Source of the DNA: an uncultured virus (IMG/VR IMGVR_UViG_3300046692_000582)
Taxonomy: Duplodnaviria > Heunggongvirae > Uroviricota > Caudoviricetes
Direction: 5' to 3' (one strand)
Virus record (IMG/VR): IMGVR_UViG_3300046692_000582
Length of the DNA stretch: 64,000 nucleotides
Positions 58,633-64,000 of the stretch are shown one piece after another; within the stretch, counting starts at the first letter, position 1, and each line of letters opens with the position of its first letter. The position numbers and the translations under genes were made by a program. Below the pieces are notes generated by a model. That model was not told where the DNA came from. It did no database searches and saw only the letters and a list, made by a program, of their open reading frames with translations.

Positions 58633-59010
58633 TTATATGACCTCGGTGTCTTCACTGATGGCGACAGTGATGTCTTGCCATTGGGCAGTGCGAAGCCATG
58701 CCCAGAACTCTGGAAGGCCTTGCCCAGCCTCCTGAAGCGTCTCCCACGCCTCATGATTCAGCGGATTGGTGGGGTACTCTTTGCAAGCGGCGCGTGACAT
58801 GGCGCTGTCCAGGAACATTGTGTCCATTTTCCAGACCAAAAAATCGTAGGATCGCCAATCCATGCGCAGGTGGGTCGCGTATTCGGCATCGCACGTGTAG
58901 CCGTAATGATCGGGGTAATTGACGTCGCTTTCATCTACGAAGTTTCGGTATACCATTCCAAGCAATGGGTGCGGGGCGCCGATGATAATGGCTTCATTCT
59001 TGTCAATCAT
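58633..59010 (-). CDS. hypothetical protein
   Basis: 125-aa ORF. Confidence 0.7.
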   Translation of the reverse strand: MIDKNEAIIIGAPHPLLGMVYRNFVDESDVNYPDHYGYTCDAEYATHLRMDWRSYDFLVWKMDTMFLDSAMSRAACKEYPTNPLNHEAWETLQEAGQGLPEFWAWLRTAQWQDITVAISEDTEVI

Positions 59011-59026
59011 ATGGGATGCGTCTTAC

Positions 59027-59794
59027 TTAGCTACATTTCTTAATGGCTTGCACTTGATGGTCGGCAAGTATCGTCGAATTGGGTTTTGGAATGCCGGTTG
59101 GAAGGCGTTCAATCAGAGGGAAAAGCCCAAAGGTGTTGCCTTGGCAGATCGGTTCATGCATATAACCGAGTGGTACTACCAAATTGACCTTCTCGATCAA
59201 ATCACCACAGGCCTTGATGTCAATTTGTGCATACCAAGCCTCTTGTGGTCGAGTTAGTTCACCGGAGTATCGGCATCCGTTGAGACCATCAAAGTTTACT
59301 GGAACACCTGAGTCTGGAGTAATGGCCTTATTGTTGAGGACTTTTAGGCCGGTCTTGATGTTCTGATCGGTGATGAGCACGCTAGTGTTATCAGACGGAA
59401 ACTTTACTTCGCCTTTTGTTGATGCCTCGTTGAGCAGCTTCCAGTCAATTCCGAAATTTGCCATGCCTGTGTAATGACACACGACAATTTTATCAGCAGC
59501 AAGCTCATGACACGCCCCACCTGCTTGTTTAGCGTCTGCAACGACTTTGGCTGCCTGATTAGAGTTTACGACTTTGTGCTCTTCCCAGTGTTCTTGAGGA
59601 GCAATCTTGACATCGAAAGTTTTTACTTCGACGGAAAATTGATCTTTCTCCCGGCGTTCTTCAGTGTACGTCTTGATTGCGGCTGCTTGTGCAAGATCTG
59701 TAGCTCGTTTTACATCCAGGCTTTCAGTCGAGCTATCCGCCGCCATGGCTGCGCATGAAAGAAAGGCCATGGTGGTGGCGATTAGTATTTTCAT
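59027..59794 (-). CDS. exported hypothetical protein
   Basis: Signal peptide MKILIATTMAFLSCAAMA; paired Cys. Confidence 0.8.
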   Translation of the reverse strand: MKILIATTMAFLSCAAMAADSSTESLDVKRATDLAQAAAIKTYTEERREKDQFSVEVKTFDVKIAPQEHWEEHKVVNSNQAAKVVADAKQAGGACHELAADKIVVCHYTGMANFGIDWKLLNEASTKGEVKFPSDNTSVLITDQNIKTGLKVLNNKAITPDSGVPVNFDGLNGCRYSGELTRPQEAWYAQIDIKACGDLIEKVNLVVPLGYMHEPICQGNTFGLFPLIERLPTGIPKPNSTILADHQVQAIKKCS

Positions 59795-59856
59795 TCAAAA
59801 CATCCTAAATAATATGCCACCGAGAATTTCGGCGGCTCAAGTCTTTTGACGATCAT

Positions 59857-60585
59857 TTACTTTTGTTCAAAAAACACTTCGTATTGAGGCATATTTCTAT
59901 ACCGTTCAAAATCATCCCTCCAGAGAGTAATGACTCTTGTGCTTTTCTCCGCCTCTTTTCCTGGAGTAATCCATCGAAATCCAATGGAATGGTATTGCGA
60001 AATGGCTTGAGTCTGCTTACTGCCCTCCTCCATTCTTGCAATAACCAGTCGATTACCCTGAACTTTGAGATAGAAGTGCCCTTCTGTGAGATCGTCGAAG
60101 TGCTTAATCTCTTCACCCATCACCCAGGATCGAAAATCCTGCTGGCCTTCTGGGCGCCATGAGTAACTGAGGCGCTGCCCAGGCTTGGGAATTTGTACTT
60201 CAGGCAAGATCGATGCGGGGGCATAGAAAACCTCCCATGCAGCTTTCCAGGCGCCGCCCTCGAAGTTTTCTGGATGGATTGGATGCTCTTGAGTATCGAT
60301 GGGCTCTTTATCATCCAGAATAACGTAAGTTCCAAAAAACTTGGTGTCGAGACTGTCCGACGACCTTACTTTCATCAGGAACAGGCGATCCTGAATGGCG
60401 TTGTCGCTCAGGTAATAGCTACCGTCCTTGAGGTCATCAAAGCCAGTAACCTGCTCGCCCAAAATCCAGCTCTGCAAATTTTGCGGGCCTTCGGTGCGCC
60501 AAGACTGATTGATGCGCTGACCGATCTTCGGAAAGCGAATGCCCATTGGATCGTATTCCTGCATGATATGCCCCATAAATCTCAT
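59857..60585 (-). CDS. GWxLGE-family protein with two tandem domains
   Basis: WRTEG...SWILGEQVTGFDDL and WRPEG...SWVMGEEIKHFDDL. Confidence 0.8.
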   Translation of the reverse strand: MRFMGHIMQEYDPMGIRFPKIGQRINQSWRTEGPQNLQSWILGEQVTGFDDLKDGSYYLSDNAIQDRLFLMKVRSSDSLDTKFFGTYVILDDKEPIDTQEHPIHPENFEGGAWKAAWEVFYAPASILPEVQIPKPGQRLSYSWRPEGQQDFRSWVMGEEIKHFDDLTEGHFYLKVQGNRLVIARMEEGSKQTQAISQYHSIGFRWITPGKEAEKSTRVITLWRDDFERYRNMPQYEVFFEQK

Positions 60586-60876
60586 TTGTAAGCGACGCAG
60601 TTTTTTCGCCCGCCATGCTGATTGCCATGCGGTTCGCCAGTCGGTTTTTAATTAATGCATTGAGACATCATCATTTCCGACAAAGGATATATTGCAGAAA
60701 TATAATATCAGCAAATAAAACAATGTCAATTCAATCGACTAAGATGATTACTTCATTTTTGACAATGCAGTTGACATCATCCCGCTTCCCGCTATAATAA
60801 GGCATCAACAAAGCATTCGTCGATCTATTTTAGATTAGATTTCGCTCGATAAGTTACCTTTCTAGTGGTGAGCACT

Positions 60877-61176
60877 ATGAGTCAATATCCAAATCTGGTG
60901 GCAAGACAAATTGGGCCAAAAGGTGACAAAAGTCATTCTTTTCAAGCTGTGAAAGTTACGCAAGACCGACTTTACGATCTAAGGTCTGCGATGGCCAGCG
61001 CTGCTGTTAAGGCAGCCAACCCCTTTTTGCAAGGAAATAGTGGTGAATGGATCATGATTGAATTCTGGACGAAGGATTTGGATCTCGTTAATGCGGCGTG
61101 CCAAAACTTGGCTGAATCGCTTCATACGCCATTGTTTCAAGGGGATTTTTCTCGAAAAGAATTGGGCTTGGAATAG
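60877..61176 (+). CDS. hypothetical protein
   Basis: Promoter TTGACA(60771)-16-TATAAT(60793); terminator ~61191-61216. Confidence 0.75.
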   Translation: MSQYPNLVARQIGPKGDKSHSFQAVKVTQDRLYDLRSAMASAAVKAANPFLQGNSGEWIMIEFWTKDLDLVNAACQNLAESLHTPLFQGDFSRKELGLE

Positions 61177-61245
61177 GCAGCTAATATTTCAAAAAACCGG
61201 CGCAATGTCCGGTTTTCATTCTAAGCACTCCAGTGCCTCATCAGG

Positions 61246-61614
61246 TTAATCGCACATCGGATCCCCATGCTTTTGCAGGTACTCCAGCTGTTCAGGTGAC
61301 AGCGTTGCGTATTTGAGAGGGGCTCCGCCATGCTTCCACGGGCCAGCCTCTGGCTCACCCGCCTCTTCGATTCGGCCCATTGCATCCAAAAGCTTGGATG
61401 AGCTGGCAGAATGAGGATTTTTCATAATGCCAAGCAAGTACCGGGTCAGTCGAACCTTGCCGAATTTGCTTTTTGGATTGATGGCGTGTCCTTTGATCTC
61501 TTTGATCGCCTGCGCCAACAGATCCAGAAACTCCAGGTGTTTGGGTTCTAGAGGCTCTTTTTGCTGACGCATTTTGTGTTTCGGTGACACTTTGCTAATT
61601 TCGATTCCAAACAT
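61246..61614 (-). CDS. hypothetical basic protein
   Basis: GAGG RBS. Confidence 0.7.
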   Translation of the reverse strand: MFGIEISKVSPKHKMRQQKEPLEPKHLEFLDLLAQAIKEIKGHAINPKSKFGKVRLTRYLLGIMKNPHSASSSKLLDAMGRIEEAGEPEAGPWKHGGAPLKYATLSPEQLEYLQKHGDPMCD

Positions 61615-61658
61615 AAAACCTCGCTGAACGCCTGCGCTTGTCTTTGCGTGATATTAAC

Positions 61659-63086
61659 TCACTGATCAAATTCGGTCACCCTGAATACTTCACTGATTTG
61701 TGGCAGCGCGGATGTGTCATAGGTCGGCACCAGATACCAAAACCAGTTTCTGAAATTAATGCTGTAGTTCTCATGGACGTTACTGAACTCGCCATCCGTC
61801 AGCACAAACACGCCATCAAATTTAATCTCCTTTGACAGCTCCATGGCGTGTTCGTAGACGTTTTCAATCCATGTCCCGCCACTGAAGAACTTCGGTTCCT
61901 TGAGGTCAATTGCCTCAACTGTCCCGGCAAAAATGTAGGTGTACAGTTCGTACTTGTCTTCGGGCAAGTTTTTGATCAACGACAGCATGCGCTTGATGTA
62001 ATCAAAGCAGGATCCAGATGTATCCATGTAGACCAGAATCTTCAGCTTTTCCTGTTCTGGTTTGATTGGCACGCGCAAGGACCCAGGCAGCGTGACGCCG
62101 GGATTGATTCGTTTCATTACGTCATACAGGCGATTGTTTGGACGACTCCATGAGGCTTTTGATTCGCGCTCTTTTGAGCGCTTGTTGACTGTTCTGAGGG
62201 TGATTGCGAACACGTCATCAAGGCTGCGAGTGACTTCGACCTTGACCGTGAACTGCCCAAAATTCTCATTGCTGTACGATCCGGACTTCCCCTTGGATGG
62301 ATGGGTGTTGTTGAGCAGGTCTTCATCAGTGATGTCGTCACCCAGGAACTGATTGATCAGCGCCTGTTCCTGCATCACCGATTCCCATGAACGAGACTGG
62401 TGCTCACTGTGCTGAGCTTGTGCCTGCGCCGGACCTTCAGTCCCGGTGGCAACTGAACGGTAACCATGGGTCTCCAGCACCTTCTCAGCGCTGCACTCAA
62501 CGTCCATTGCGTGCTGATGTTTGAGCCAGACTCGGGCATAGAACTCAAACGTTTCATTCAAAGGCAATTGCTCGACTGCCAGCACCTCTTTAGGAAATAC
62601 GGTGTCGACAAAGCACAGTCCGCCCTCAAACTGCATCAGCGCCCGGTCAAAACCGTAAGCTGGTGATACCAGTCCTTCATTGATTTCAATGTCCTGAATG
62701 ACGTTCAACAGATCGTTGGTCAACAGCTGGTACTGACCACCCTCTTGTTTGATTTCTTCGATCAATACTTGCTCGCGCTGACAGTGCTTACGCAGGACGT
62801 GCATGATTTCGTGCGCCAGGATAAAGCACTGTTTCATGAATCCGATAGAAGCCCAAAACGTTGAGTTGATCAAAAATCGAAAGCAGCGCCCTTCCCTATC
62901 AAAGATGACGGCAGCCCGCTCCACCGAGGGGTCGAATTGAGGGTGCGCCAGCTCATTCATGAAGCTGTATAGCAGCATGGCGTGCGTTCGGAGAAACGCG
63001 GCATGGGCCGGAGTCAGCACCTCGTCACAGCGCGACACGATGCTGTGGCGAAAGGCCGAGTTATCCTGAGTAACCCGTTGGCTCAT
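61659..63086 (-). CDS. DUF2201-like HExxH metallopeptidase + vWA domain protein
   Basis: FILAHEIMHV; MIDAS DTSGS, GGT, VLTDG; start placed at MSQRVT. Confidence 0.85.
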   Translation of the reverse strand: MSQRVTQDNSAFRHSIVSRCDEVLTPAHAAFLRTHAMLLYSFMNELAHPQFDPSVERAAVIFDREGRCFRFLINSTFWASIGFMKQCFILAHEIMHVLRKHCQREQVLIEEIKQEGGQYQLLTNDLLNVIQDIEINEGLVSPAYGFDRALMQFEGGLCFVDTVFPKEVLAVEQLPLNETFEFYARVWLKHQHAMDVECSAEKVLETHGYRSVATGTEGPAQAQAQHSEHQSRSWESVMQEQALINQFLGDDITDEDLLNNTHPSKGKSGSYSNENFGQFTVKVEVTRSLDDVFAITLRTVNKRSKERESKASWSRPNNRLYDVMKRINPGVTLPGSLRVPIKPEQEKLKILVYMDTSGSCFDYIKRMLSLIKNLPEDKYELYTYIFAGTVEAIDLKEPKFFSGGTWIENVYEHAMELSKEIKFDGVFVLTDGEFSNVHENYSINFRNWFWYLVPTYDTSALPQISEVFRVTEFDQ

Positions 63087-63090
63087 TGGG

Positions 63091-64000
63091 TTACACCCCT
63101 GCCATCTTGTCAAAGAACGCATCCATGGTTTTGATTGGGTGCGGGTTTTTGCTGGTGCAGTAATTGGTGAAGTCGCCAATCGACTCGATCAGGTTTTCGC
63201 CAAATTGTGCGTACAGTACTGGCGCCACGTTATTTGAGCGCAGCAGTTTGGTGGCAGCGACATGAAATGCCTTGAACGTGCGGTTTCCGAAGTAACCAGC
63301 AGAGCCTCCACCCCTCAGTGTATGTTCCAGTTCCAGTGCCTTGAGCGCGCCGCCAATGCCCACCATGTCACCCAGGAAGCGCATGGCGCCCTCATCTTCA
63401 ATGCGCTTGCTCACAAAGACCTGAAAGTCATAAGTGGCGAAGTTGGACACCGCTCTCAAGATTTTCGACAGCTGCGTTTCGTCCTGTTTGGAGTGACGGG
63501 CATAGCTCATGACGAACAGCAATTTAGAATGGATGTCAGGCAGGTCGTCGGTCAGGATTTTCCAGGCGCACATCGCAGCTAGCAGCCGATCAGAACGCCC
63601 CAATTCCAGCGTTGGCGTCATTGGGTGGCAAACGGTGGCCAGGGTGTAGATTTGGCTGAATGCTTCAAAAACTGGCTCCATGAAGGGGATGGAGGAACCC
63701 TTGCTGGTGCCGATTATTGAGGCCTTCGAGGGGCCGTTGTTGATTTTCGCCAACAATTCAGTGAGTTTGAAATCGCTATTGAGCACAGGCGCCAGCGGCG
63801 TATTTTCGCTGTTGAACAGGCCTGCCGTGACGATCAGGTCGGAGAGCCCTGCCGTCTCCGGGGCGCGCTGAATCAGCTCGTCCACAACGGCTTTGGACAA
63901 GTTAGGCAGCACTTTTTGCTTGAACACTTGTTGATGTTTTTTGAAAAACTCAGCGTGCTCAATAACCCGCTGCGCCGAAAAATACTCGGGAATTTCTTCT
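63091..64000 (-). CDS. 3' part of a large protein, possibly the AAA+ ATPase partner of the vWA protein
   Basis: Frame open to the window edge; ATPase identity inferred only from usual gene context. Confidence 0.55.
   Translation of the reverse strand, partial: EEIPEYFSAQRVIEHAEFFKKHQQVFKQKVLPNLSKAVVDELIQRAPETAGLSDLIVTAGLFNSENTPLAPVLNSDFKLTELLAKINNGPSKASIIGTSKGSSIPFMEPVFEAFSQIYTLATVCHPMTPTLELGRSDRLLAAMCAWKILTDDLPDIHSKLLFVMSYARHSKQDETQLSKILRAVSNFATYDFQVFVSKRIEDEGAMRFLGDMVGIGGALKALELEHTLRGGGSAGYFGNRTFKAFHVAATKLLRSNNVAPVLYAQFGENLIESIGDFTNYCTSKNPHPIKTMDAFFDKMAGV

Noticed and set aside
4681..60776. The repeated palindrome as SOS boxes or as simple back-to-back -35 elements
   Set aside because: It does not match CTGT-N8-ACAG, and in most cases the second half-site has no gene to drive on the opposite strand
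1..64000. Jumbo phage or prophage origin
   Set aside because: No capsid, terminase, tail or lysis genes recognised, and PilV adhesins favour a conjugative plasmid; not fully excluded from one window

Overview
A 64 kb accessory region, most likely from a large Pseudomonas plasmid/megaplasmid (inferred from a Pseudomonas-type tmRNA, PilV-like pilus adhesins and the lack of chromosomal housekeeping or phage structural genes). Most genes are small hypothetical ORFs on the minus strand, in short units with near-consensus sigma70 promoters. Recognisable parts: an RNA-ligase-like nucleotidyltransferase, three tandem PilV-like adhesins, an orphan MqsA-like HTH protein, a stand-alone DUF262 protein, two secreted Thr/Trp/Cys-repeat proteins, an intact IscB + omegaRNA element, an ATP-grasp fusion, a P-loop ATPase, a tmRNA, an AEP-primase/SF2-helicase fusion, a LexA-like HTH protein and a HExxH-vWA protein. 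The most striking unexplained signals are: (1) a ~420-nt hairpin-rich non-coding unit with its own promoter and terminator (4727-5145); (2) a 17-bp palindrome, TGTCA-N7-TGACA, overlapping the -35 box of about 20 promoters, suggesting an element-wide regulon; (3) a tandem pair of covarying structured leader elements (1842-2082); (4) shufflon sfx-like relics in and between the pilV paralogs; (5) several expanded, unnamed protein families. All family assignments come from motif recognition by eye, not database searches.
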